Assembly: GCA_051362555.1 (NCBI GenBank) | Contig: CM120644.1 | Coordinates: forward strand, 12,980,567-13,044,566 | Direction: 5' to 3' | DNA from: Lingula anatina | Lineage: Eukaryota > Animalia > Brachiopoda | DNA length: 64,000 nucleotides | In this document: positions 1-12,194 of the stretch, piece by piece | Layout of the letters: every line of letters starts with the position of its first letter | Numbering within the stretch: the first letter of the stretch is position 1 | Notes under the pieces: model-generated | What the model was told of the DNA's origin: nothing | Seen by the model: the letters and a program-made list of their open reading frames with translations, nothing else | Database searches by the model: none | Translations under genes and position numbers: made by a program

Positions 1-143
1 CTTGCCATGGAAGCACCTTGACAGTCATGAGGGGGTTACACAAACTATAATGCACATGGTTCAAAATTCACCACGACAGCAATTAATTATAACATTTTAC
101 CATAAACTCTGCAAACAGCAAATAACTGTTAAGGCCAGTAATA

Positions 144-420
144 ATATGTATAAATTTCACCAAGTGCACAACCCTTACAGTGTTTCTTACAAGTTTATCC
201 CTTGCCGCTACGTCAGACACATTTTTCGCAATTGCAATCAAAATTTGCGGAATTTAGTCTGTACAATTTTTCCATGTTGCCCAGGATGGAATGCCGATGC
301 TTTTGCCCCATATTTAAAATAGGAACTATCCTTGTATGAAAAATTTTAGCCAGCAATTTCCCAAATTTACTCACATGTATTTTTTAGGACAAATAATGCC
401 TTGAATACTTGTTCAGCTAA
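144..420 (-). mobile_element. Degenerate LINE fragment (second copy at about 4132-4408)
   Basis: Similar to 16940-17130, whose minus strand reads ILSYGAEVWG...KFHKCLL*LGRN...GKLGR, the post-RT region of non-LTR retrotransposons. Confidence 0.5.
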
Positions 421-813
421 TTTCTTTTGTTCCTCATTCCAAACCCCCTATAGTTGTAGATGACATACCCAGACCTGTAATTGTAATTGATCTGTTTGCA
501 CCCCTGATGAGGCTGCTAGGGGGTAATTATCGTTTAGCAGCTTCAATAGTTGTGCCATACATCTAAGCCTGTACCAGTCGTATTCCATTTGATACTTACG
601 GTGAATTTCACAGCTTTGGCCAGCGCCCGTCACTGCAAGTCCACATACCGTGAGTGATAAAATAATTCATGAAAATAAATTTGCACATCTTTAATTATTC
701 ATTTGCTAGGCTAGTTGTACTCCTTTCTTTTAAACTAAGGTTGTCACTTCTTTTCCATTATTTTAAAACTATAATTTCCACCATCATTCAGTTGCTCTGG
801 AATTGCTGAAGAC

Positions 814-3076
814 TTAGCAATGTGGATATATGAACGATAATAGATTTTTGAAATCATTTTTGCAAACTTCTAAACGTGAACGCTTACATTTGCCGATTGC
901 CGAGATTGCTTGACGGAAAAGCAACACCTCACGATTGAAATCCGACCCTTGCAACATAAGAGTGTTTTGTAACTTTGTCAGGAAGTGGTTATATAACTGA
1001 TAATCAGCTTTGCTCCATTGCCTATGTTTCTTTACAGTAATTACGTCTTTCACATTTTTATATTCGTATTCCTGTTTGTTAGTAACAACATATAAGACGT
1101 CGTCCATGCCCCAGCACAGCAAGCGGCGTAGTAGCACCAAGCTTTCATCCAACATTTCCAAGACGATTACAAAATCGAACTTCTTGTCCAAGAAATCAAT
1201 GTACTCGGCAATGAATCTGTCGTTGTTCCTAAGATCATTTCTATCGTCTGGGAACCCAAACGCATACATCATGGCGTTTCTCAAGAAGCCTACACGGGTT
1301 GTGACATAGGCGTCGGTCCAATACTTGTATGGATTTTCCATAAATTTTACGACCGGGTTCGTGGTGTTTGTTAAATTGAATTTACTTGAAATACGAAAAA
1401 AATTGAACGCGCTTTTAAACTGAGAAAATGGTTCGCGAACTATACCAATATAAAACGTATCATTCGGCATCATGGTTTCTATTACTCTTGAGTCAAAAAT
1501 CATGTGATTGAAAATTATATCATAGGTTACATTCGGGTTATAGTTGGCGTCGTTAACGGTTATTTTCCTACGGGTCATATTGAACATAGATTTCCATGGG
1601 TAAAACATGTTGTTTTTCTTCGGAGAAAGACGTTTTAACTTATATTTAAGAGTAGCCTGTTCTAAAATTTTCCTCATTGTAGTTGAGCCGCATTTGTGCA
1701 CTTTTAGAAACATGATGTGTCGGGTTGGCTGGCATTGTCCCTTTGGTAGGCATTTTATGGGAGGTACGTTGTAGGCAGACTGCAACAATGAATCTTGAAT
1801 GTTCCTATTTATCCCTGAAAGGAAAAAAAATAAATAGATAAATAAATAAATAAATAAACTATTGTGCGTTACTGAATACTTCAAGTCACATATCAAAATT
1901 ATATTTATACTCCGACTTCACGGTTTGTATTAATTATTATTAAATAAATAAATAACTGAAAAAATTAAAATAAATAAATAGTTGAAAAATAAAGAAATGT
2001 ATATCACTTAGTTGTATTTATACGTCGACTATACACACGAACTGATCAAGGATTATTTTAAGGGCCGCGGATGCAAAGTCGACCCCCCCCCCCCCACTTG
2101 GCGTGGGGTTCGGGACCAGAAAATTTTTGGTATTTTAGAGGGCGAACGGTGCCAATAGGTAGGGTTTAGAACTATGATTTAGCTAGTTCAACTTCTAATT
2201 TCAAGCTGGCTCCAAACGACATATTCTCATCCAGAATGGAGTCTCGATTTGATATTCAACAGACGTAAAGTACGCCACCAGGTTGGTGCAAAAAACGAGG
2301 CATAAATATCATACGGCTTATATCTTTCCTTGAAACTGACAGGTAACTATGTATACTCCAAAGGTACACAACATGAATACCAGAATAGATTAAATCAATC
2401 AAACTACATAATTTTCGCTCTTTGAATGATTTTTTTCGTAATCATTACAGTCAAAACTTCAATGTTTTTTACACTTGTGACATATGTACAACACAGCGCA
2501 CGACACATTTATAAGGTGCACTGCTACATAAGTAAGATCGGGTGGAGTTTTAACGAAATTAACGATTTTCCAACGCTACAAAATACATGTGTCTTCTGAA
2601 GACTTCAGATAAGTTTGACATTCACTAGGGTTATCAATGAAATATCAATACTGATTAGATTTTTAAATAATAAAACTGGGTACAGCTTTGGATTAATACC
2701 TTTTGTAAAGTGTATTGCTCCATAAGTAAAATTGGCTTTGACGAAAGTAAATGAAATAAACGTTTTTCCAACGCTACAAAATACATGTCTTCAGATAGGT
2801 TTGACATTCACCAGTGTCATCAATGGAATATCAAAAGTGATTAGATTCAATCACGTTTGATATGATAACAGTCAAAATAAGACTGGTAGTTTAATTTAAA
2901 AATGAATGCACGAGCCAAGAAAATTGAATCGCCTTACCCATAAAGTCACTTTGAAGTGGAGGTGGTGGCAATGGATTAGAAGGCAATGTATGGATTCTCA
3001 AAAGACGTGGAAACAAATATACAGCTGAACATAGGAAGCAAAACATCACAGTGAGTAAAAATATCCGCACTGACAT
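814..3076 (-). CDS. Galactose-3-O-sulfotransferase family type II membrane protein, copy 1 (2 coding exons, 379 aa)
   Basis: Exon 1 3076-2938 (MSVRIFLLTVMFCFLCSAVYLF anchor plus Pro-rich stem; donor G|GTAAGG). Exon 2 1814-814 (acceptor tttcag|). The phase-1 join is in frame. PAPS-binding motifs FLKVHKCGSTT and IVREPFSQFKSAFNFF; family motif LDESLVLLRRLLCW. Confidence 0.9.
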
Positions 3077-3148
3077 GGCCAGGATCGACAGAAGTAGTAC
3101 AAGTGCATTTGATCACACAAATTGCAGCCTTCAAGTCCAGAGCCAGCC

Positions 3149-3155
3149 TTTATAA
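3149..3155 (-). promoter_or_regulatory. TATA box of sulfotransferase copy 1 (equivalents at 7136-7141 and 22252-22257)
   Basis: TATAAAA on the minus strand about 75 bp upstream of the ATG; TATAAA is kept at this position in all three copies. Confidence 0.6.
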
Positions 3156-3499
3156 ACCCATTAGAATCCTGTTTTAACGTATCTGTACAGCAATGGCAAG
3201 GCTAATTAATATAATATCTCCTTTATGCAGTCTTTATAATGTCGTGCCGTGCTGTGCTGTGACACTTTTTCCAACATGGGTATTCAATTATACATCAATC
3301 TCAATGCGGGTGTTTTATATGGCATGATAAATTGACAGTGCTCTCCACAAGAAAAAGCAGTAGATATTTACTGCAATCACTGTAACCATGTCTCAAATCT
3401 GCTCCGATTTCATTTGTGGATTAGATGTATGTTTACTCCCCAGAGGTAGCATTCTGCTGTTACCATACAATTCAGCAGAATTGTTATCTGACAGACAGG

Positions 3500-3996
3500 A
3501 TGTGGACGATGTTCTTCATGCCCTCACTTGTCATTTCACGTTGTAAACGGTGAATGTGGTCTCGCCAGAATATATAAAATGGCACCAGTGCTGAAGTAAG
3601 CTCCATGGCATGGCTCTTGCAGCCCATTTAACTTTTTTTCGTATGTTTACCAAGGTGATGAGTGGTTTCTACTTGGCAACCGTGGTGTGAATTTCTGAAG
3701 CAAGGAACCTTCTTTGGACAGACCTTCAAACTGCAAATTGTTCAATTACAGCAAAGCTAAGTCGCTCCACGGTTCAAATTCTCTAAGTCTTGACAGCATA
3801 AAAGCACGCATGCCGTCTCTGACAATGGTCGTTTTTTGGCCACTTTGGAGTGACTAATGGGCATCGACAGTGACCCCATTTTTCTGCAACCAAACTCACA
3901 ATAACTTGCTGCTATCTGGGGGACACCCACACCCTCCTCCCACAGAGAAACTATTTCTTTTCTTTGTTCATTTGTGAGATCCCGTACCCTTGCCAT
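3500..3996 (-). mobile_element. Tc1-family transposase fossil (5' part)
   Basis: MARVRDLTNEQRKEIVSLWEEGVGVPQIA resembles the N-terminal HTH. After frame breaks it reads RSVQRRFLASEIHTTVAK*KPLITLVNIRKKVKWA...WCHFIYSGETTF, matching the Tc1 pattern RRRL...RKKPLL...W...WSDESKF. Confidence 0.8.
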
Positions 3997-4801
3997 GGAA
4001 GCACCTTGACAGTCATGAGGGGGTTACACAAACTATAATGCACATGGTTCAAAATTCACCACGACAGCAATTAATTATAACATTTTACCATAAACTCTGC
4101 AAACAGCAAATAACTGTTAAGGCCAGTAATAATATGTATAAATTTCACCAAGTGCACAACCCTTACAGTGTTTCTTACAAGTTTATCCCTTGCCGCTACG
4201 TCAGACACATTTTTCGCAATTGCAATCAAAATTTGCGGAATTTAGTCTGTACAATTTTTCCATGTTGCCCAGGATGGAATGCCGATGCTTTTGCCCCATA
4301 TTTAAAATAGGAACTATCCTTGTATGAAAAATTTTAGCCAGCAATTTCCCAAATTTACTCACATGTATTTTTTAGGACAAATAATGCCTTGAATACTTGT
4401 TCAGCTAATTTCTTTTGTTCCTCATTCCAAACCCCCTATAGTTGTAGATGACATACCCAGACCTGTAATTGTAATTGATCTGTTTGAACCCCTGATGTGG
4501 CTGCTATGGGGTAATTATCGTTTAGCAGCTTCAATAGTTGTGCCATACATCTAAGCCTGTACCAGTCGTATTCCATTTGATACTTACGGTGAATTTCACA
4601 GCTTTGGCCAGCGCCCGTCACTGCAAGTCCACATACCGTGAGTGATAAAATAATTCATGAAAATAAATTTGCACATCTTTAATTATTCATTTGCTAGGCT
4701 AGTTGTACTCCTTTCTTTTAAACTAAGGTTGTCACTTCTTTTCCATTATTTTAAAACTATAATTTCCACCATCATTCAGTTGCTCTGGAATTGCTGAAGA
4801 C

Positions 4802-7063
4802 TTAGCAATGTGGATATATGCCCGATAATAGATTTTTGAAATCATTTTTGCAAACTTCTAAACGTGAACGCTTACATTTGCCGAGTGCCGAGATTGCTTG
4901 ACGGAAAAGCAACACCTCACGATTGAAATCCGACCCTTGCAACATAAGAGTGTTTTGTAACTTTGTCAGGAAGTGGTTATATAACTGATAATCAGCTTTG
5001 CTCCATTGCCTATGTTTCTTTACAGTAATTACGTCTTTCACATTTTTATATTCGTATTCCTGTTTGTTAGTAACAACATATAAGACGTCGTCCATGCCCC
5101 AGCACAGCAAGCGGCGTAGTAGCACCAAGCTTTCATCCAACATTTCCAAGACGATTACAAAATCGAACTTCTTGTCCAAGAAATCAATGTACTCGGCAAT
5201 GAATCTGTCGTTGTTCCTAAGATCATTTCTATCGTCTGGGAACCCAAACGCATACATCATGGCGTTTCTCAAGAAGCCTACACGGGTTGTGACATAGGCG
5301 TCGGTCCAATACTTGTATGGATTTTCCATAAATTTTACGACCGGGTTCGTGGTGTTTGTTAAATTGAATTTACTTGAAATACGAAAAAAATTGAACGCGC
5401 TTTTAAACTGAGAAAATGGTTCGCGAACTATACCAATATAAAACGTATCATTCGGCATCATGGTTTCTATTACTCTTGAGTCAAAAATCATGTGATTGAA
5501 AATTATATCATAGGTTACATTCGGGTTATAGTTGGCGTCGTTAACGGTTATTTTCCTACGGGTCATATTGAACATAGATTTCCATGGGTAAAACATGTTG
5601 TTTTTCTTCGGAGAAAGACGTTTTAACTTATATTTAAGAGTAGCCTGTTCTAAAATTTTCCTCATTGTAGTTGAGCCGCATTTGTGCACTTTTAGAAACA
5701 TGATGTGTCGGGTTGGCTGGCATTGTCCCTTTGGTAGGCATTTTATGGGAGGTACGTTGTAGGCAGACTGCAACAATGAATCTTGAATGTTCCTATTTAT
5801 CCCTGAAAGGAAAAAAAATAAATAGATAAATAAATAAATAAATAAACTATTGTGCGTTACTGAATACTTCAAGTCACATATCAAAATTATATTTATACTC
5901 CGACTTCACGGTTTGTATTAATTATTATTAAATAAATAAATAACTGAAAAAATTAAAATAAATAAATAGTTGAAAAATAAAGAAATGTATATCACTTAGT
6001 TGTATTTATACGTCGACTATACACACGAACTGATCAAGGATTATTTTAAGGGCCGCGGATGCAAAGTCGACCCCCCCCCCCCACTTGGCGTGGGGTTCGG
6101 GACCAGAAAATTTTTGGTATTTTAGAGGGCGAACGGTGCCAATAGGTAGGGTTTAGAACTATGATTTAGCTAGTTAAACTTCTAATTTCAAGCTGGCTCC
6201 AAACGACATATTCTCATCCAGAATGGAGTCTCGATTTGATATTCAACAGACGTAAAGTACGCCACCAGGTTGGTGCAAAAAACGAGGCATAAATATCATA
6301 CGGCTTATATCTTTCCTTGAAACTGACAGGTAACTATGTATACTCCAAAGGTACACAACATGAATACCAGAATAGATTAAATCAATCAAACTACATAATT
6401 TTTGCTCTTTGAATGATTTTTTTCGTAATCATTACAGTCAAAACTTCAATGTTTTTTACACTTGTGACATATGTACAACACAGCGCACGACACATTTATA
6501 AGGTGCACTGCTACATAAGTAAGATCGGGTGGAGTTTTAACGAAATTAACGATTTTCCAACGCTACAAAATACATGTGTCTTCTGAAGACTTCAGATAAG
6601 TTTGACATTCACTAGGGTTATCAATGAAATATCAAAACTGATTAGATTTTTAAATAATAAAACTGGGTACAGCTTTGGATTAATACCTTTTGTAAAGTGT
6701 ATTGCTCCATAAGTAAAATTGGCTTTGACGAAAGTAAATGAAATAAACGTTTTTCCAACGCTACAAAATACATGTCTTCAGATAGGTTTGACATTCACCA
6801 GTGTCATCAATGGAATATCAAAAGTGATTAGATTCAATCACGTTTGATATGATAACAGTCAAAATAAGACTGGCAGTTTAATTTAAAAATGAATGCACGA
6901 GCCAAGAAAATTGAATCGCCTTACCCATAAAGTCACTTTGAAGTGGAGGTGGTGGCAATGGATTAGAAGGCAATGTATGGATTCTCAAAAGACGTGGAAA
7001 CAAATATACAGCTGAACATAGGAAGCAAAACATCACAGTGAGTAAAAATATCCGCACTGACAT
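4802..7063 (-). CDS. Galactose-3-O-sulfotransferase family protein, copy 2
   Basis: Exon 1 7063-6925, exon 2 5802-4802, with the same splice sites as copy 1. It differs from copy 1 at two C-terminal residues (ALG vs AIG, LSG vs LSF). Confidence 0.9.
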
Positions 7064-7485
7064 GGCCAGGATCGACAGAAGTAGTACAAGTGCATTTGAT
7101 CACACAAATTGCAGCCTTCAAGTCCAGAGCCAGCCTTTATAAACCCATTAGAATCCTGTTTTAACGTATCTGTACAGCAATGGCAAGGCTAATAAATATA
7201 ATATCTCCTTTATGTAGTCTTTATAATGCCGTGGTGTGCTGCGCTGTGCCACTTTTTCCAACACGGGTATTCAATTATACATTAATCTCAATGCGGGTGT
7301 TTTATATGGCATGATAAATTGACAGCGCTCTCCACAAGAAAAAGCAGTAGATATTTACTGCAATCACTGTAACCATGTCTCAAATCTGCTCCGATTTAAG
7401 GTGTGGATGAGATGTATGTTTACTCCCCAGAGGTAGCATTCTACTGTTACCATACAATTCAGCAGAATTGTTATCTGACAGACAG

Positions 7486-7982
7486 GATGTGGACGATGTT
7501 CTTCATGCCCTCACTTGTCATTTCACGTTGTAAACGGTGAATGTGGTCTCACCAGAATATATAAAATGGCACCATTGCTGAAGTAAGCTCCATGGCATGG
7601 CTCTTGCAGCCCATTTAACTTTTTTTCGTATGTTTACCAAGGTGATGAGCGGTTTCTACCTGGAAACCGTGGTGTGAATTTCTGAAGCAAGGAACCTTCT
7701 TTGGACAGACCTTCAAACTGCAAATTGTTCAATTACAGCAAATCTAAGTCGCTCCACGGTTCAAATTCTCTAAGTCTTGACAGCATAAAAGCACACATGC
7801 CGTCTCTGGCAATAGTCGTTTTCGGCCACTTTGGAGTGACTAATGGGCATTGACGGTGACCCCATTTTTCTGCAACCAAACTCACAATAACTTGCTGCTA
7901 TCTGGGGGACACCCACACCCTCCTCCCACAGAGAAACTATTTCTTTTCTTTGTTCATTTGTGAGATCCCGTACCCTTGCCAT
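7486..7982 (-). mobile_element. Tc1-family transposase fossil, tandem copy
   Basis: Paralog of 3500-3996. Confidence 0.78.
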
Positions 7983-8116
7983 GGAAGCACCTTGACAGTC
8001 AGGAGGGGGTTACACAATCTATAATGCACATGGTTCAAAATTTACCACGACAGCAATTAATTATAACATTTTACCATAAACTCTGCAAACAGCAAATAAC
8101 ATTTATGGCCAGTAAT

Positions 8117-9845
8117 AGGGTAAACTACGCTTAAAATCATGTTTTTGAGTTCTTTGTGTGTTTATATTTATCAAAAAAGTATCTTATGTTGGCCCGCAAG
8201 AAAACGCAGTAGATACTCCAGCGCAGTAGACTACTGCAATCATACTGCAAACATGCTTCAAATCTGCTTCGAGTAGGGAGCTAATTAGCATATTTGAAAC
8301 ATGCTTCTATCATGCTGCTAATCTACTGCATTAATGCTCCTCCTCTGTACAACCCTATGTAAATTTTGAAGTAGAATTGCAGTAGGCTATGCTGCATTTC
8401 TACTGCAAATATGCTCCACACCACTACTGCGTTAATGCTTCTTTGCTACTTCGATACTACTGCATTTTCGTGCGGGGGATGTAATAAGGTTTTTTTCAAT
8501 TTACACCGCAAAATGTGCCTTTTGATGAGTTTTTTTCAACCGCCACGCGCCCCAGTCAGGCTGACACCTAAGCTACGCCTCTGTTGCTAAGGGCCGTTGC
8601 CATGAGGGGGCGGAGCATAGTTAACGAGTTATAAGCCGATTACGTGTGCGGTAATACATGTAGGTCATAAGTCTTACATCAGCTAAGCAGTGAAGAAGTC
8701 GAGTACGCTATGGGGAAGAGAAAAGTTCTTGTTTTAATTCCATTTCCAGAGGGAAAAAAGAAAAATTTGAAAGAGAGTATGCGCGGCGGTTGGGGAAAAC
8801 CGGCATTTGTTCAGTCGGATGGTACGTGGTACCTCAACACATCAGACTTATTCATAAAATAATAACTTCATGTTGGCCTAATGTACGATGAGTGATCTTG
8901 TATTAGACGGAATCCACAGTAAAATGCCGACGCAACTTTTACTTGCTTCAAAAGATATGAGTAGATAGTTTTTTTACAATCAACGTTCGTGGTTTCAAAA
9001 CTCACCCACTCTCTGTCATTTTATTCAAAAGCCTTCTCTCAGCCTCTTTTACCGCTGATTCTTGTGCCGCTGAGCGTCTCCCCTTTATCTTAGCTGGCAT
9101 TTTGAGAGATACCGCTGTAAAGTAATCACTGTATTTTCTGTTGATCTGACAATCACCAAGTGCCGTGCAAAACAATCCTGCAGCGTTACCTGTCAAAAAC
9201 TCGTATTAACACAAGTGACGGCCGCTTGCTCTCGACAGAGTTTCATCTGATCACTCTCCAAGGTAAAATTACTCGATTGCCGAAGAAGACACATTGAAAC
9301 GTTCAAATGCAACTTTACACCTTTTAATTGCGGTTAAACGCAATCGCCTTTGTTAGCGCTTCCTTCTACATATCATTGACTCCCTACTGGGCATCACTAG
9401 ACTAGGGCCCTCTCCAGAGCTGTCAGTTAAAATGGCGGCACGCTTACAAGTCTAACGCGTGATCGGAAATAATAACAAAAGCACGATTTTCTGCCATTTC
9501 AAAGCACCCAAACAAAATATTTTTAGATGACAATGAGCAATGGTTCCATCTGATCGTATTACCGATAGCAGGTAAATTTGCCAGCTAAGCATTTGACTAA
9601 TAAGCTCTGTTAAGCAACCTGTGAACGTTTTGGCTGTTTTAACAGTTTTCTAGATTGACGAGATAAGTGAATCGCTTTTATGTATATCTCACTATCCGAG
9701 CAACCGATCGTTACGAAAGTTGCACTAATTGTTGTTGAAGATGTGGACTACAACCTGATGTCAGAGGTTTTAGAGGAAATTGTTTGTTTAAAAGTTATCG
9801 AATTTTGAATTGAATAACCAATTGAAATATTGGGTAGTTTAACGT
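8117..9845. mobile_element. Putative non-autonomous DNA transposon (possibly Kolobok-like)
   Basis: Starts where tandem homology ends. Imperfect terminal inverted ends AGGGTAAACTACGC / GGGTAGTTTAACGT; hosts a nested MITE. Superfamily assignment is tentative. Confidence 0.35.
8193..8476. mobile_element. CACTA/EnSpm-like MITE
   Basis: TIR CCCGCAAGAAAACGCAGTAG / CTACTGCATTTTCGTGCGGG, 2-bp GG flanking duplication, internal CTACTGC repeats. Confidence 0.75.
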
Positions 9846-10377
9846 AAAAGACTATAAAATCAAAAGTAAATAGTTTAAGACAATTCCCTGGAACCCGATT
9901 GAAATGCTTTTACCCGGCTTTATGAGGCCGTTTGAATCACTTGAATAGCTATCTTGGTTATAAAGAAAATCCCAAATCAGACAACGGTATTTTTCGCCCC
10001 AAATTGGCGCTATAGCGTCATCCGTTGGAGACTGCAGAAAATCTCTGTCTATAATTGGCCTTTTGGGAAGTATGTTTAATTAAAATAAAATAAAATAAAA
10101 CTTATAAGCCCAGGCCATTGTTACTATGCCTTTGGTCGTTTTACTGTTAGTGGCCTTAAAGTGTCTTAAAGTGGCTGGCAAAGAAACAAAAGACTTTAAG
10201 ACATGTTGGTGTGTATGTTGTGCGAAGAACAGAGATAACATGTGCCCCATGAATTGACAAATTTAAGGATTCGTGGTTAAAGTGTAATCAGTTCGTGAAG
10301 TTCTTAACAGATTCGTATATATTCGTAGTCAGTTCTTGCACTTCTTGATCAACAGGAATTAGTGGCAAAAACTTTGA

Positions 10378-10742
10378 TGCCCCTATTTCACACAGACCAC
10401 GAATCCCACGAATCGCCAGGAATTGAAAATTTCAGGATTCTTGGTTGAATCGTAATCAGTTCGTGAAGTTCTTAACAGATACGTATATAATCGTAGTCAG
10501 TTCTTGCAATTCTTGATCAATCGGGAATTCGTGGCAAAAATTTTGAGTGTTCAAAAATTTGGCCACGAACTACCGATACCAAAAAAACATAGTGAATTTC
10601 AGCCGAATCCCACGAGTATTCGTAACACTATCGCACCTGTATCGTAACTGAATCGTAGATAGTGTCGAATTAGACCAGAAAATTGGCAATTTGTCAATTC
10701 CTGGCGATTCGTGGGATTCGTGGTCTGTGTGAAATAGGGGCA
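10378..10742. mobile_element. PIF/Harbinger-like MITE, with a partial duplicate at about 10241-10377
   Basis: About 48-bp TIR TGCCCCTATTTCACACAGACCACGAATCCCACGAATCGCCAGGAATTG; flanked by TGA and TAA. Confidence 0.8.
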
Positions 10743-11006
10743 TAAAGGAACAGCACGAGTAAGTATAATGCCTTTACTGTACAAGCTGTATAAGATATCA
10801 CGCTAACGTATAAAAAGCCCTCAAAAGCACATTTTGCCTTTGTTATACACCTTCTTATAATTACATTTCAGACCTTTAGAACAACAAAAAGGCACATTTC
10901 AGTTTATCTACAATTCAGTGTGTACCTGATATAGATATTTAACAATAACCAAATCTGGGCATTTTGCGACCTCGTGCGAGAAATAAAAGCACCTGACGTA
11001 TATACG

Positions 11007-11331
11007 AACAAGAAAAAGCAGACTGAGAGCGTAGACCTCCGCCAAGGCAGCAAAGTCTCTTCCCAATGCCGTTTCACCCCTACAGTTTCAATGTACTATA
11101 ATGATTTAGTTTTTTTTTTATTTTTGATTGTTGATTGATTATTGATTGATTATTGATCTGGATCACCACCAAAAACAAATCATCTATTCCTTGGCCTACA
11201 TGACAGTTCCTGAAAAATTCATTAAAATCGGTCCAAAACTTTTTGACTTATGTTGATGACATACAGGCAGACAAACAAACAAACAAACAAACAAACAAAC
11301 GGGTGAAAACATAACCTTCTTGGGCGAGGTA
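11007..11331 (+). mobile_element. Helentron/DINE-1-like non-autonomous element
   Basis: 5' ACCTCCGCCAAGG subterminal repeat, (AAAC)n microsatellite, 3' hairpin ACCTTCTTGGGCGAGGT, A-rich flanks. Confidence 0.65.
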
Positions 11332-11858
11332 AAAAAACTACGATTGAAACTTATATGTCATTTGTTTCTGGTGCTGTGAAGTAAGTTTTTTGAGAAATGT
11401 CAGAAAGAAGGATAGCAGTTGCATGAGAAACAAGACGTGTAGAAATAAACGTCCAATTACAATTGGTATTTAAAGTGTTAATCTAAATGAGGGAAATGAA
11501 ATGTACAAAGTAAGATAGGCTAATAAACACTCAGTTTTCAGTACTTTTATTTTACTATTTTAGCAAGTAAAACTGTATAACTAGTTCCTTGTTTCCTAAC
11601 TACTTCAAAGATATTGGTCTTGTTCTGAAATCGCTATAGCCTTGTAGTAAAGTGAAATCCAGCCAAAAGATGTAATCTATGACAGAATACAATAAATTTA
11701 ACTTTTAAGCTTGTTCCCAGGAATATCTGTGTAATAATGAAAAATTACGCTTTGCAAAGTTCAGCAGTTTGATTAACCATATTGTTCCTCTTTAAAATTT
11801 ACACCTAGATGCATCCAAATAACTCGTGGTTGTACAAACATCTGGATGAAACACTTCT

Positions 11859-12194
11859 CTACCCAGCATGACAACACCATGTCGAGTATGGGGGTCTATG
11901 GCAACAGTTTCTACGTACACGCTTCAATGGCCTCCGAAACATCGCGCCTTCTTCATTGTTTGGTATCAATCTAATTAAAAGTATGAATATAGAAAAACTT
12001 ATTAACATACGCCCCTTTATTCTGTAAGCCAACTTGGAGATATTTTGATTATGAACATTTACGTCAATCTGTCATCTTGATTAAGTATATGTTATACATT
12101 ATTATAAACCAAGATACCTTTCAACCGCTGCACCTTCTACAGCGACCATAAGGAAGGCCACAAAGACCACCAGAAGTAACGCATATGTCTTCAT
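11859..12194 (-). CDS. Secreted Cys-rich prepropeptide A (62 aa): MKTYALLLVVFVAFLMVAVEGAAVERLIPNNEEGAMFRRPLKRVRR-NCCHRPPYSTWCCHAG
   Basis: Signal exon 12194-12118 (donor AG|GTATC) joins exon 11970-11859 (acceptor ttttaattag|) in frame at phase 2. Furin-type RVRR site and terminal Gly. AATAAA at 11546-11551; likely non-coding first exon with donor ACT|GTAAGT near 12642. All of these elements are conserved in the paralog at 24 kb. Confidence 0.85.

Larger units (their letters stand above)
1..8117. repeat. Tandem duplication, unit about 3988 bp (two full periods visible; array may continue left of the window)
   Basis: The sequence at 1 recurs at 3989 and 7975, and ORFs repeat at +3988/+3987. 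Homology ends near 8117 (GGCCAGTAATA). Units are nearly identical up to about 7190 and more diverged after that. Confidence 0.97.

Noticed and set aside
2-322. Repeated 106-aa plus-strand ORF
   Set aside because: Spans the Tc1 upstream region and an antisense LINE fragment; conserved only because of the recent duplication.
1010-1309. Plus-strand 99-aa ORF present in all three copies
   Set aside because: Antisense shadow of the sulfotransferase exon.
1815-1896. N-terminal extension MICDLKYS...FIYLFIYLFFFLS of the 360-aa ORF
   Set aside because: Intronic (AAAT)n and pyrimidine tract; the real N-terminus is in the upstream exon.
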